Assembly (NCBI GenBank): GCA_041745515.1
Contig: JBGTIU010000202.1
Location: 1,145-65,144 of the forward strand
Direction of reading: 5' to 3'
DNA: 64,000 nt
DNA from: Hyphomicrobiaceae bacterium
Lineage (GTDB): Bacteria; Pseudomonadota; Alphaproteobacteria; Rhizobiales; Hyphomicrobiaceae
Shown here: positions 30,514 through 39,925 of the stretch, piece after piece
Layout of the letters: every line of letters begins with the position of its first letter
Position numbering within the stretch: the first letter of the stretch is position 1
Position numbers and translations under genes: made by a program
Notes under the pieces: generated by a model
Database searches by the model: none
What the model was told of the DNA's origin: nothing
The model's input: the letters and a program-made list of their open reading frames with translations, nothing else

Positions 30514-31260
30514 TCAGCTTTTTACCCGCAGATGATAGCGGCCGTGCGCTCGATAGCCGAGATGCTTGTAGAGTGCCTGCGCCGGCGCATTGTTCTCGAG
30601 GGCCTGCAACGCCGCGAGCCGGCAGCCATGACCGGCGCCCCAAGCCTCCAACCCTGACATCACCCGGGACGCGGCGCCGGTGCCTCGCGCCTCGGCCAGC
30701 GTTGCAACACATTCGGCGATGACGATGCCCTCGTGCGCGACGGCAAGAGCGGTTGCGATCACGCGGCCATCGCGTTGAACGGCACAGAACGCGCTTGGCC
30801 GTGGAATTCGCGCCAGGATCTGCGGCGCTACTCGCTTGCGCTCCGGCGTGATCACGCTCGAGTAGCACGCAAACCAATCGGCAACCGCCGTGTCGAAGTA
30901 GACGACATCAGGTGGTTGCGATGCGGCTCGATCGATCGATTTGGCAAGCGTCAGGCAGGGATCACTGATCGTATATCCTCGATCCTCCAGCTGACGGTCG
31001 AGCCCGATCGGCGCACTGACATCAGACACCTGAAACATCGGCTTCGCGCCGCGCGCCGCATAGCGCCGCTCCGCCTCGTCGATCGCGGCTTCGACATCAG
31101 CGCCTCCGAACTGCAATGCCGAGACCGAATTAGCCCGTTGCGACCCGCCGTCCGAATAACGCCAAAGCCAACCTTCGAGATCGGCCGTCTCCAACGCTGG
31201 CCAAGCGTTTACACCGGCCCGCTCGATCCTCATGAGCAGTGTAGAGCCCAAGTCCATCAC
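30514..31260 (-). CDS. GNAT family N-acetyltransferase
   Basis: C-terminal acetyl-CoA binding region (ARGTGAASRVMSGLEAWGAGHG...ENNAPAQALYKHLGY). Confidence 0.7.
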   Translation of the reverse strand: MMDLGSTLLMRIERAGVNAWPALETADLEGWLWRYSDGGSQRANSVSALQFGGADVEAAIDEAERRYAARGAKPMFQVSDVSAPIGLDRQLEDRGYTISDPCLTLAKSIDRAASQPPDVVYFDTAVADWFACYSSVITPERKRVAPQILARIPRPSAFCAVQRDGRVIATALAVAHEGIVIAECVATLAEARGTGAASRVMSGLEAWGAGHGCRLAALQALENNAPAQALYKHLGYRAHGRYHLRVKS

Positions 31261-31288
31261 CCGTCGTCAATAGTCGAAATGCGATGCC

Positions 31289-31379
31289 CGTAGGTTGGAT
31301 CAAGCTTTTCGCGCGACCCAACAGGGCTGGCACCGCTCGTGGAAGTTGGGTCGCGCAAGGGGGCTTGACCCAACCTACG
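31289..31379. repeat. 91-nt imperfect palindromic element (long hairpin) between smpB and the GNAT gene
   Basis: Left arm CGTAGGTTGGATCAAGC...GCGCGACCCAAC and right arm GTTGGGTCGCGC...GCTTGACCCAACCTACG. The outer 17-mer pairs at 16 of 17 positions and the inner 12-mer is perfect. Confidence 0.5.
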
Positions 31380-31417
31380 TTCTACGTTCGAGCCCCCGAG
31401 AATTGAAATGCCCGCAA

Positions 31418-31894
31418 TCACCCCTTGTCCCGCATGATGCGCGCTTTCTCGCGGTTCCAATCGCGCTTCTTCTCGGTCTCGCGCTTGTCGTGCAGCTTCT
31501 TGCCCTGGGCGAGCCCGAGCTTGAGCTTCGCCCGCCCACGCTCGTTGAAATAGAGCTCAAGCGGTACGATCGTCATCCCCTGTCGCTCGGTCGCGATCTT
31601 GAGCTTGTGGATTTCGCGTTTGTGCATCAGGAGCTTGCGCGGACGTCGCGGCGCATGATTGTAGAACGGCCCGGCCAGCTGGTACTCGGGAATATAAGCG
31701 TTGAGCAGCATCAGCCCCTCGGGCTCGACCGAGGCGTAGCTCTCCGCGATGGTGGAATGGCCCCTGCGCAGTGACTTCACTTCCGTGCCGGTCAGCATGA
31801 TGCCGGCCTCGTACACGTCGGTTACGAAGTATTCGAAGCGCGCCTTTCGGTTTTCGGCAACAGTCTTGCGACCGTCGTCCTTTTTGGCGGCCAT
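31418..31894 (-). CDS. smpB: SsrA-binding protein
   Basis: [11 protein letters not shown]...[15 protein letters not shown]. The start overlaps the dapA stop by 1 nt (TAATG). Confidence 0.95.
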   Translation of the reverse strand: MAAKKDDGRKTVAENRKARFEYFVTDVYEAGIMLTGTEVKSLRRGHSTIAESYASVEPEGLMLLNAYIPEYQLAGPFYNHAPRRPRKLLMHKREIHKLKIATERQGMTIVPLELYFNERGRAKLKLGLAQGKKLHDKRETEKKRDWNREKARIMRDKG

Positions 31895-32784
31895 TATTCA
31901 GCGGCCTTCGCCGCGGTCACCCCGGCCGCCGCCATCGCCGCATCGACCGCCTTCTTGGTCGCCTCGCCGAGCGGTGCCAGCGGCAGGCGGCAGAAGGCCG
32001 AACCGAAGCCCAGCCGCGACGTGGCGTATTTCACAGGCGCCGGGCTGGTCTCGACGAACAGCGCCTCGTGCAGCGGCATCAGGACATCCTGCAACTCGAG
32101 CGCGCGGCGAAAGTTGCCGGCCTGGCACGCCGCCTGGAACTCCGCACACAACCGCGGAGCGACGTTCGCCGTCACCGAGATGGCGCCATGCCCGCCATGC
32201 GCATTGAAACCGAGCGCGCTGGCGTCCTCGCCGGTCAAGTAGCTGAGCGGCTTGGAGATGAGCTGCCGGTGCTGTGACATGCGCGCGACGTTGGCCGTCG
32301 CATCCTTGACGCCTGCAACATTCTTCAATTCGGCGATCCGCGCCATGGTCACGGCGGAAATGTCGACAATGGTCCGCGCCGGCACGTTGTAGACGATGAT
32401 CGGGATGTCGACCGCATCGCTGATCGCCTTGAAGTGGAGGTATAGGCCCTCCTGCGTCGGCTTGTTGTAGTAGCCGGTGGAATGCAGCACGGCGGCGGCA
32501 CCGACTTTCTTGGCGAAAGCGGTCAGCTCGATCGCCTCCTCGGTCGAGTTCGAGCCGGCGCCGGCAATCACCGGGACGCGGCCTCGGGCAGCCTCGATAC
32601 AGACCTCGATCACGCGCTTGTGCTCGTCATGGCTCAGCGTCGGCGTCTCGCCGGTAGTACCGACGGGGACCAGCCCACTGGTGCCTTCGCGGATTTGCCA
32701 GTCGACAAAACGCGTGAATGTCGCCTCGTCAACCTTGCCATTCTTGAACGGCGTGATGAGCGCCGTATTCGATCCCTTGAACAT
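31894..32784 (-). CDS. dapA: 4-hydroxy-tetrahydrodipicolinate synthase
   Basis: [20 protein letters not shown]...GTTGE. The start is trimmed to the ATG at 32784; the 84-codon upstream extension is not DapA-like. Confidence 0.95.
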   Translation of the reverse strand: MFKGSNTALITPFKNGKVDEATFTRFVDWQIREGTSGLVPVGTTGETPTLSHDEHKRVIEVCIEAARGRVPVIAGAGSNSTEEAIELTAFAKKVGAAAVLHSTGYYNKPTQEGLYLHFKAISDAVDIPIIVYNVPARTIVDISAVTMARIAELKNVAGVKDATANVARMSQHRQLISKPLSYLTGEDASALGFNAHGGHGAISVTANVAPRLCAEFQAACQAGNFRRALELQDVLMPLHEALFVETSPAPVKYATSRLGFGSAFCRLPLAPLGEATKKAVDAAMAAAGVTAAKAAE

Positions 32785-32945
32785 ATGCTGTCCGCCTTGA
32801 ATGTGAGGCTGGCAGCCTATGCGCTTCGATGCAGTGTCGCAAGTAGAGCGGTCGCCGGACATCGCTATATGCTGCCGTCTTGACTGCTGCCTTCGATTGG
32901 CCGCGAACTCCTGCTGGATCGTGGCAAAATCGGGGAGCCAATACC

Positions 32946-35228
32946 ATGTACAGCACGGACCGAGCAGCGCAATCGAGTTTGAGGCCAATCGCACGCTTGG
33001 CGGTCGCCGTCGCCATCGTCGCTGGTTTGCCTGCACCGACCCATGCCCAGCAGGCGTCAGTCGTCAAGTCGGCGGTCGCCGCCCCAACAGCTGCCCCGCC
33101 TGCAGCGGCACCAAAAGCTGCAGCGCCGACAAATCCGGCGCCCATTACGCTTCCAGCTGTCGCAGCCGCAGAAGGCGCGCGTGTGGCAACGTTCGACGCC
33201 GCCGTTGCCAAAGTGCGCAGCCTCGCGCCATCGGTCGTCGATGCGCAAGCCATCCGTGATGCCGTGGCCGCTTTCGCCGCGAACGATGTCAACAAGGGTC
33301 GAGCGTTGCGCGACAAAATAAGCGATGCCACCGGCCGCAAGCTGGTCGACTGGTTCCGGCTGCGGGCCGGCCTCGGCGAGGCGCCAGAGTATCGGGCCTT
33401 TCTCGACGCCAACCCGGCCTGGCCCGACCGCACCGTGCTCAATCAGCGCCTTGACGAGGCTCTGTTCACCCGGGGCGGCAGCCCAACGAGCATCAAGGCC
33501 ATCTACAAAGACGGCGAACCACGGACAGCCGCCGGCTTTGCGGCGCTGGCCTCGGCGCACCTCGCGGAAGGCGACGAGACGACGGCGCGGACGCTCGCCT
33601 CTCGAGCTTGGCGCACGCTTGATATCACGGCGACATTGGAGACCGGTTTCCTCGACCGTTTCAGCAAGTTCCTGACCGAAGCCGACCACAAGCGGCGGCT
33701 CGACCGGCTGTTGATGGACGACATCCGTTGGGAGGGCGAGCGCAACGCGCGAGCCGATATCGTCCGCCGGCTGATCCCGAAACTCGGCGCCGTTGAAAAG
33801 AAGAAGGCCGAGGCGCGGCTTGCGGTGTTCCTCAAGGCAGCGGCGGCCCGGCAGATGATGGACGCGCTACCAGCACCGGCGGCAGACAGCACCAAGGACT
33901 GGGGCCTTGTCTATCACCAGATCCAGCTCAGGCGCCGCCTCAACCGCGACGAGGAGGCCTGGAAGCTGCTGGCTAGTGCGCCAGCAGACGCCAGCGTCTT
34001 GGTCAACCCCGACGAGTGGTGGCTGGAGCGGCGCGCCAACGCCTATCAGGCCATGAAGGCTGGCAAGCCGCGCATGGCCTATGACATCGTCAAGGACGCG
34101 GGCACCCTGAGCGTCAATCCGGCCAAGGAGCAGGCGCTTTTCGCCGGTTGGCTCGCCCTGCGCCTGCTCAACGACCCGAAGTCCGCGGACGACCATTTCC
34201 GGTTCATGCGCAAGATCGCCGACGGTCCGCTCAGTCAGGCTAAGGCAGACTATTGGCTCGGGCGCACGGCGGAGGCGCTCGGAGACAAGGCGCGCGCGGC
34301 CGAGCATTACAAATCGGGCGCCAGGTTTGCCGACACGTTCCACGGTCAACTGTCGCGGCAGCGCTTCGACCCAAGCAGCAAGCTGGCCTTTGGGCCACCC
34401 GCCGCTCCGGACGCCGGCGAGATCGAGCGGTTCAATGCGTCCGACGCCGTGCAGGCGGCCGTCATCGCACGCAAATCGGGGCTGGAAACAGGAATCACGC
34501 GAGCTTTCCTCGGTCACTTTGCGCGTCACTTCAAGTCTGAGGCCGAGGTCGCGATGGTTGCGCATCTCGCCGAAGCGTTCGGCGACACGCAGATGGCGGT
34601 CCGCATAGGCAAACTCGGCATCGCGCGCGGCTTCAATCTTGTCAGCTACGCTTATCCCGTTCACCCGTTCCCGGCCTACTCCAGCTTGCGGGTGGCGCCC
34701 GAGACAGCACTGCTGCTCGGCATCGCGCGACAAGAGAGCGAGTTCAACGGCCAGACAGTTTCCGGAGCGGGAGCGCGTGGCGTGCTGCAGGTGATGCCGA
34801 TCACCGCCAAGCACGTCTGCCGCGACTACAAGATCAAGTGCGACATTCCGCGTTTGCTGACGGATGCGTCCTACAACGCCATGATTGCCAGCGCCTACAT
34901 CGCCGACCGCATGGGTGAATTCCGCGGCAGCTATGTTCTCGGTACAGCGGGCTACAATGCCGGGCCGGGCCGTGCACGGCAGTGGATGCGTGAGTTTGGC
35001 GATCCGCGCGATCCGAACGTGGATGTGATTGACTGGATTTATCGGATTCCCTTCGAGGAAACTCGCGAGTACGTCCAGAAAGTGCTGGCCAACACGCAGG
35101 TTTATCGGGCGCGCCTGGGCCAGGCCCAAACGGCGCTGCGCATCAATGACGATCTGGCGCGCGCCCGGGGCGACAATCAGCCGCCGGACCAATTGTTGAA
35201 GGAAATGCCGGCGGCCGCGAAGCAGTAG
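32946..35228 (+). CDS. Soluble lytic murein transglycosylase (Slt70-like)
   Basis: Signal peptide, a long helical superhelix region and the SLT catalytic motif [10 protein letters not shown]...[19 protein letters not shown] before the ATG at 32946. Confidence 0.88.
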   Translation: MYSTDRAAQSSLRPIARLAVAVAIVAGLPAPTHAQQASVVKSAVAAPTAAPPAAAPKAAAPTNPAPITLPAVAAAEGARVATFDAAVAKVRSLAPSVVDAQAIRDAVAAFAANDVNKGRALRDKISDATGRKLVDWFRLRAGLGEAPEYRAFLDANPAWPDRTVLNQRLDEALFTRGGSPTSIKAIYKDGEPRTAAGFAALASAHLAEGDETTARTLASRAWRTLDITATLETGFLDRFSKFLTEADHKRRLDRLLMDDIRWEGERNARADIVRRLIPKLGAVEKKKAEARLAVFLKAAAARQMMDALPAPAADSTKDWGLVYHQIQLRRRLNRDEEAWKLLASAPADASVLVNPDEWWLERRANAYQAMKAGKPRMAYDIVKDAGTLSVNPAKEQALFAGWLALRLLNDPKSADDHFRFMRKIADGPLSQAKADYWLGRTAEALGDKARAAEHYKSGARFADTFHGQLSRQRFDPSSKLAFGPPAAPDAGEIERFNASDAVQAAVIARKSGLETGITRAFLGHFARHFKSEAEVAMVAHLAEAFGDTQMAVRIGKLGIARGFNLVSYAYPVHPFPAYSSLRVAPETALLLGIARQESEFNGQTVSGAGARGVLQVMPITAKHVCRDYKIKCDIPRLLTDASYNAMIASAYIADRMGEFRGSYVLGTAGYNAGPGRARQWMREFGDPRDPNVDVIDWIYRIPFEETREYVQKVLANTQVYRARLGQAQTALRINDDLARARGDNQPPDQLLKEMPAAAKQ

Positions 35229-35481
35229 CCTGAGCGCGGCGGCAATCCCGCTTCGACGCGGAGCCCGTAACGGGTCTTAGCACATGGCGAACGGAACCAT
35301 ATCGGCACACACTAAACGAAAAAGCGCCAAGCCGATGCGACCTTCAACGGGTTGTTTACGGTTGTGGGGCAATCTCAGACTCGTTGAGTGAGTTGCCGAT
35401 CACTGCATGTGCGAAAACGGAACACCTGATCCGTTGATGCGCGCGGCCCGGCACGGTCCCGTTGCGTTAGTCGAGTGCACC

Positions 35482-36990
35482 ATGTCCAAGCGTGTTTTGA
35501 TCGTCGACGACGATCCCGTTCAGCGTCGCCTTCTCGAAGAAACCATCAAGCGTCTGGGCTTTGACGTCCGTACCGCCTCGACGGGCGAGCAAGCCATCAA
35601 CATCCTCGAAGGCCCCGAACGCTCTTCGATCTCCCTCGTCCTTCTCGATCTGGTAATGGCCGGCCTCGACGGAATGGGCGTCCTGGAACGCTTGCAGGCG
35701 AGATCTGGCATCCCACCCATCATCGTACAAACTGCTCACGGCTCTATCGATACCGCCATCAGCGCCATGCGCGCGGGCGCCGCCGACTTCGTGATCAAGC
35801 CGGCAAGCCCGGAACGACTCGCAGTCTCGATCAAGAGCGCGCTCAAGATCGAAGCGCTCGCCGTTGAGATCGTGCGAATTAAGAAGAAGGTTGACGGCAC
35901 ACTGACCTTCGCCGATCTAATCGTCGAGGGTGAGGCAATGGCGCGCGTCATCGCTTTGGGGAAGCGGGCAGCGGCGTCGAACATTCCGGTGCTGATCGAA
36001 GGTGAGAGCGGCGTGGGCAAGGAGCTGATCGCGCGCGCCATCCAAGGCGAGAGCGAGCGGGCAGGCCGACCTTTCATAACGGTCAATTGCGGCGCGATCC
36101 CTGAAAACCTGATTGAGAGCACACTGTTCGGCCACGAAAAAGGATCGTTCACCGGTGCTTCCGACAGGCGCACGGGCAAATTCCAGGAGGCCGACAGCGG
36201 CACGCTGTTTTTGGACGAAGTTGGCGAGCTGCCCCTCGACGCGCAGGTCAAGCTGCTGCGCGCATTGCAGGAAGGCGAAATTGACCCGGTCGGCTCGAAG
36301 AAGCCTGTCAAGGTGAACTTCCGGCTGATCTCGGCGACCAATCGCGACATGATCCAACTGGTCAAAGAGGGCAAGTTCCGGGAAGATCTCTATTATCGCC
36401 TAAACGTATTCCCGATCTGGGTGCCGCCGCTGCGCGACCGCCTCGGCGACGTCGGCGAACTAGCCATGCACTTTCTTGCTCGCTTCGCTGCCGAAGAGGG
36501 CAAGCGGGTCCACGGTTTCTCGGATGATGCTCATCGCCTATTGAGCGCCTATAGCTGGCCGGGCAACGTGCGCCAGCTCGAGAATGCAGTGTTCCGCGCT
36601 ATCGTGCTTGCTGACGGTCCGCTATTAACGGTAAACGAGTTCCCGCAGATCGCGGCTCACGTCGATGGCTTCGAGGCCGTCATCCCGGTTGCCCCGGCTG
36701 AACTGCAGAAAGCCGCCGCGTATACCGGGCCGGCCCTGTTGGGGGCGGAAAACACAGTCCCTCGGACGATGGAGATCAAAGCCGGCAGTCAGGCAAGCTC
36801 GCTTGGCATCCCTGTGATCAACGAAACTGGTGATGTCCGGCAGCTCGATGCTGTCGAAGCCGATATGATTCGATTGGCACTGGGGCGCTATCGGGGACAC
36901 ATGACCGAGGTCGCCAAGCGCCTCGGAATTGGGCGTTCCACACTCTACAGAAAAATGCAGGAATACGGGCTCGAGACGCGTGCTGGTTAA
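35482..36990 (+). CDS. Sigma-54-dependent (NtrC-family) response regulator with a Fis-type HTH
   Basis: REC domain (LLDLVMAGLDG), AAA+ Walker A (GESGVGKE), a GAFTGA-region variant GSFTGA (36142-36159) and a C-terminal HTH (VAKRLGIGRSTLYRKM). Confidence 0.9.
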   Translation: MSKRVLIVDDDPVQRRLLEETIKRLGFDVRTASTGEQAINILEGPERSSISLVLLDLVMAGLDGMGVLERLQARSGIPPIIVQTAHGSIDTAISAMRAGAADFVIKPASPERLAVSIKSALKIEALAVEIVRIKKKVDGTLTFADLIVEGEAMARVIALGKRAAASNIPVLIEGESGVGKELIARAIQGESERAGRPFITVNCGAIPENLIESTLFGHEKGSFTGASDRRTGKFQEADSGTLFLDEVGELPLDAQVKLLRALQEGEIDPVGSKKPVKVNFRLISATNRDMIQLVKEGKFREDLYYRLNVFPIWVPPLRDRLGDVGELAMHFLARFAAEEGKRVHGFSDDAHRLLSAYSWPGNVRQLENAVFRAIVLADGPLLTVNEFPQIAAHVDGFEAVIPVAPAELQKAAAYTGPALLGAENTVPRTMEIKAGSQASSLGIPVINETGDVRQLDAVEADMIRLALGRYRGHMTEVAKRLGIGRSTLYRKMQEYGLETRAG

Positions 36991-37361
36991 GGCCGAGAGC
37001 AGTTCAAGTTAGCCGAGCTTCCAAAGGCGAGCTTTCCCCATCCTGATTTTGTGCACTTCGCGGCGAAACCAAGCAAGCGGGCGATGGAGTCGTCGCGAAG
37101 CTCGCAGCACGGCACGCGTCGCACACTGCAATTGAACAATTAGCGATCAAGAATGTTGTATGGTTTAATGGCTTACCGGGCTCAATTGTGATTTCCGTTG
37201 CAACCTTGGTTGGCGGAAGTTGACGCAGATTTGCTTCGTTTTGACAGCAATGGCGCCATAGGCCTGTGCGATCCAAACTCAGATCGCGTCGTGAGCTTGG
37301 TTCGGCCTGGTCATCGACGCCGGGCTTAAATAGCGTGCGTCGGTCGGTGTGGAGTAAGGTA

Positions 37362-39134
37362 ATGCGTTCGAGTTCGGGATTAGCGATCGGCCGAATCGCC
37401 GTGGTGGCGGTCATCGCCGGGCTGGCAACACCAGCTTGGGCCCAATCCCAGCCGGACGAGTATCCCAAGCCGGCTGGCGCCGAGTTCGAGGTGGGCGCAC
37501 CGACCCCGGTGCAAGAGAATGCTGCCAGTACGGGATCGGCCGGACCGTCGGCTCCGTCGGGTGGCGGCGTCCCTGTTGCGTCTCCAGAAAAATCGACTCC
37601 GACTATCGAAGGGACTTTGTCGCCGGTTGCCGTCGATCCGATCATAGCCACTCTGTTACCGCGACTGGCCAAAGCCGGTGCCGCGCTGTCAAAGGACGAG
37701 CGTCTGGCCCTGCAGCAGACGTACGGGAGCGTCCATGCCGCGCCGATCTGGGTCGCAGACAAGTCAGTCACGCCGCGCGCCACGTTGCTGGCGGCAGAAC
37801 TCGCTCGCGCCGATGACTGGGGATTGAAGGCATCGGATTTCGACCTGTCGGGCATCAACACGTCTGACGCTACGGTGGAAAAGCTCGCGGAAATTGAGCT
37901 GAAGCTTAGCGTTGCGGTGCTGAAGTATGCCCGCCATGCGCGCGGCGGTCGGGTCGATCCTACTCAGCTTTCCAGTTACCTCGACCGTAAGGCGCACTTG
38001 ATCGCTCCGAAGCGCGTTATCGAGGAATCAGCGCTTGCGCCAGAACCAGATGCCTACCTGCGCAGCCTTCATCCACGGCATCCGCAGTTCGAAATGCTGC
38101 GGCAAGCCTATTTGAGCCTGCGGGATACGAAGGTTCCCGCAAGCAACAATGTCGGTGCGGCGCAGCCGAGCGATATTTCGATGGCTGTACCATCCAAAGG
38201 CGGCAAAGCCGCGAAGGCGCCGCCTGCCGCGCCAGAGACCGGCAGTGTTCGCAAGCTCATCGCCAATATGGAAATGTGGCGTTGGATGCCGTCTGATCTA
38301 GGCGCGACACACCTGTTCGTCAACGTGCCGGAGTTTCAGTTCCGTTTGATACGTAACGATCAGTTGGTGCATACCGAACGTGTCATCACCGGCAAAATCC
38401 AAAATCAGACGCCGATTTTCTCCGACATGATGGAAACCGTCGTGTTCAAGCCGACGTGGAACGTGCCCGACAGCATCAAGGTCAAAGAGCTACTGCCGGC
38501 TCTGATGCGGAATCCCGAGGCGCTTGCGCGGCAGGGGCTGCGCGTCGCCTATAACGGTCGCGAGGTTGATGCTGTCTCGATTAATTGGTCATCGACCGAC
38601 ATCCGTGCGCTGCACGTATTCCAGCCGCCAGGCGAAGCCAATGCGCTTGGCGTTGTGAAGTTCTTGTTCCCTAACAAGCATGCCGTCTACCTGCACGATA
38701 CGCCGACCAAGCCCTTGTTCAACGCCACGAGCAGAGCCTTCAGCCACGGCTGTATCCGAGTGCGCAATCCGGTTCGCCTCGCCGAAATCCTGATGGAAGC
38801 CGACCAAAGTTGGAGTCCAGCCAAGGTTAAGGCGCAACTGGCGCCCGGCGCCGTTGAGAACAATGAGACGGCATTATCGCGTCGGTTTCCCGTGCATATT
38901 GCGTATTTTACTGCTTGGGCCAATGACGCCGGCCAAATGCAGTATTTCCGAGATGTGTACGATTACGAGACAAATATTCATCTCGGCCTCGAGGGCAAAA
39001 CGCATCTCATCGCGAAAAAGAAGGAAGACAATCTCGGTGCGATTCGGGCCGAAGTCGTCGGCAGCCTTATTGAGACGAGACCATCGTCTCCAGCGAATCG
39101 CGACTGGATGAAAACGATTTTCAACACCAACTGA
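37362..39134 (+). CDS. Large L,D-transpeptidase (YcbB-like, with a peptidoglycan-binding region)
   Basis: Signal peptide and YkuD catalytic motif HDTPTKPLFNATSRAFSHGCIRV. GGAGTAAGG RBS. Confidence 0.85.
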   Translation: MRSSSGLAIGRIAVVAVIAGLATPAWAQSQPDEYPKPAGAEFEVGAPTPVQENAASTGSAGPSAPSGGGVPVASPEKSTPTIEGTLSPVAVDPIIATLLPRLAKAGAALSKDERLALQQTYGSVHAAPIWVADKSVTPRATLLAAELARADDWGLKASDFDLSGINTSDATVEKLAEIELKLSVAVLKYARHARGGRVDPTQLSSYLDRKAHLIAPKRVIEESALAPEPDAYLRSLHPRHPQFEMLRQAYLSLRDTKVPASNNVGAAQPSDISMAVPSKGGKAAKAPPAAPETGSVRKLIANMEMWRWMPSDLGATHLFVNVPEFQFRLIRNDQLVHTERVITGKIQNQTPIFSDMMETVVFKPTWNVPDSIKVKELLPALMRNPEALARQGLRVAYNGREVDAVSINWSSTDIRALHVFQPPGEANALGVVKFLFPNKHAVYLHDTPTKPLFNATSRAFSHGCIRVRNPVRLAEILMEADQSWSPAKVKAQLAPGAVENNETALSRRFPVHIAYFTAWANDAGQMQYFRDVYDYETNIHLGLEGKTHLIAKKKEDNLGAIRAEVVGSLIETRPSSPANRDWMKTIFNTN

Positions 39135-39244
39135 CCGGGCATGTCCTCGCGCGCAAGCGTCGACTTGGGGAGGAAACGCGTTGTTGGCATCGCGAGGTTG
39201 CCGAGGGCTTCCCAGCGATACACCTGAGGGGTTAGTCTCGACCG

Positions 39245-39916
39245 ATGACAAGTCGTCGCCAGCTTCGACCGATCAGACCCATGAGTTCGGGCAAGCCCTC
39301 GACTTACGCAGTCCCGCGCCAAGCCACGGACGCAAAATCGGACTACCTCGATGGTCAGTTACTGATTGCCATGCCATCGATGACCGACAAGCGGTTCGCG
39401 CGTTCCGTAATCTACCTGTGCACACATTCGGCGGAAGGCGCCATGGGGCTGGTTCTGAACCAGCGCGCCCGTCACCTCAGCTTTCCGAAACTACTGGCGC
39501 AACTGGACATCGTTCTTTCCGGCCCGCCGGATGAGCTGCCTGATGACAATCGCGTCATGGATGTGCGGGTTGGGGGGCCCGTCGACACCAAACGCGGTTT
39601 CGTGCTGCACAGCGCCGATTATTCCGCCGAGTCGAATACGATGGCGATCGACACGAGCATAAGTTTAACCGCAACTTTGGACATCTTGAAAGCGATGGCG
39701 AATGGACGGGGGCCGCATCAAGCGATCCTTGCCCTTGGCTACGCCGGTTGGGCTCCCGGTCAGCTCGAAGCCGAAATCCAGCACAATGGCTGGCTGAATT
39801 GTCCGGCCGACCCTGAATTGATTTTCGAAAGTGACATAGACCTCATGTACGGCCAGGCCATGGCTAGGATCGGGATCGACCTTTCGCATTTCGTAAGCGA
39901 CGCCGGGCATGCCTGA
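39245..39916 (+). CDS. YqgE/AlgH family protein (UPF0301)
   Basis: [37 protein letters not shown]. The start could be 39245 or 39281. Confidence 0.85.
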   Translation: MTSRRQLRPIRPMSSGKPSTYAVPRQATDAKSDYLDGQLLIAMPSMTDKRFARSVIYLCTHSAEGAMGLVLNQRARHLSFPKLLAQLDIVLSGPPDELPDDNRVMDVRVGGPVDTKRGFVLHSADYSAESNTMAIDTSISLTATLDILKAMANGRGPHQAILALGYAGWAPGQLEAEIQHNGWLNCPADPELIFESDIDLMYGQAMARIGIDLSHFVSDAGHA

Positions 39917-39925
39917 AGATTATGA

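Noticed and set aside
31894-33036. N-terminal extensions in the ORF track for dapA, the M16 peptidase (to 45621), thrC (to 46901), the RND permease (to 50946), the TPR protein (to 55347), the GST (to 3717), folK (to 27377) and others.
   Set aside because: The extensions are Arg/Cys/Trp-rich non-protein-like sequence. Conserved family N-termini begin at internal ATG/GTG codons, usually with a Shine-Dalgarno sequence, and several give neat stop/start overlaps with the upstream gene.
36991-37361. A possible sigma-54 (-24/-12) promoter downstream of the sigma-54-type regulator gene, and another in the divergent region 55108-55316.
   Set aside because: The nearest look-alikes (TTGACGCAGATTTGCT and TGGTGGCATTGCTGC) do not have GG and GC at the required 10-nt spacing, so no site could be supported by eye.
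37004-37861. 285-aa minus-strand ORF spanning the intergenic region and the 5' end of the large L,D-transpeptidase gene.
   Set aside because: It is a low-complexity Ser/Ala/Pro translation with no start context. It overlaps a gene that has a clear RBS, signal peptide and catalytic motif.
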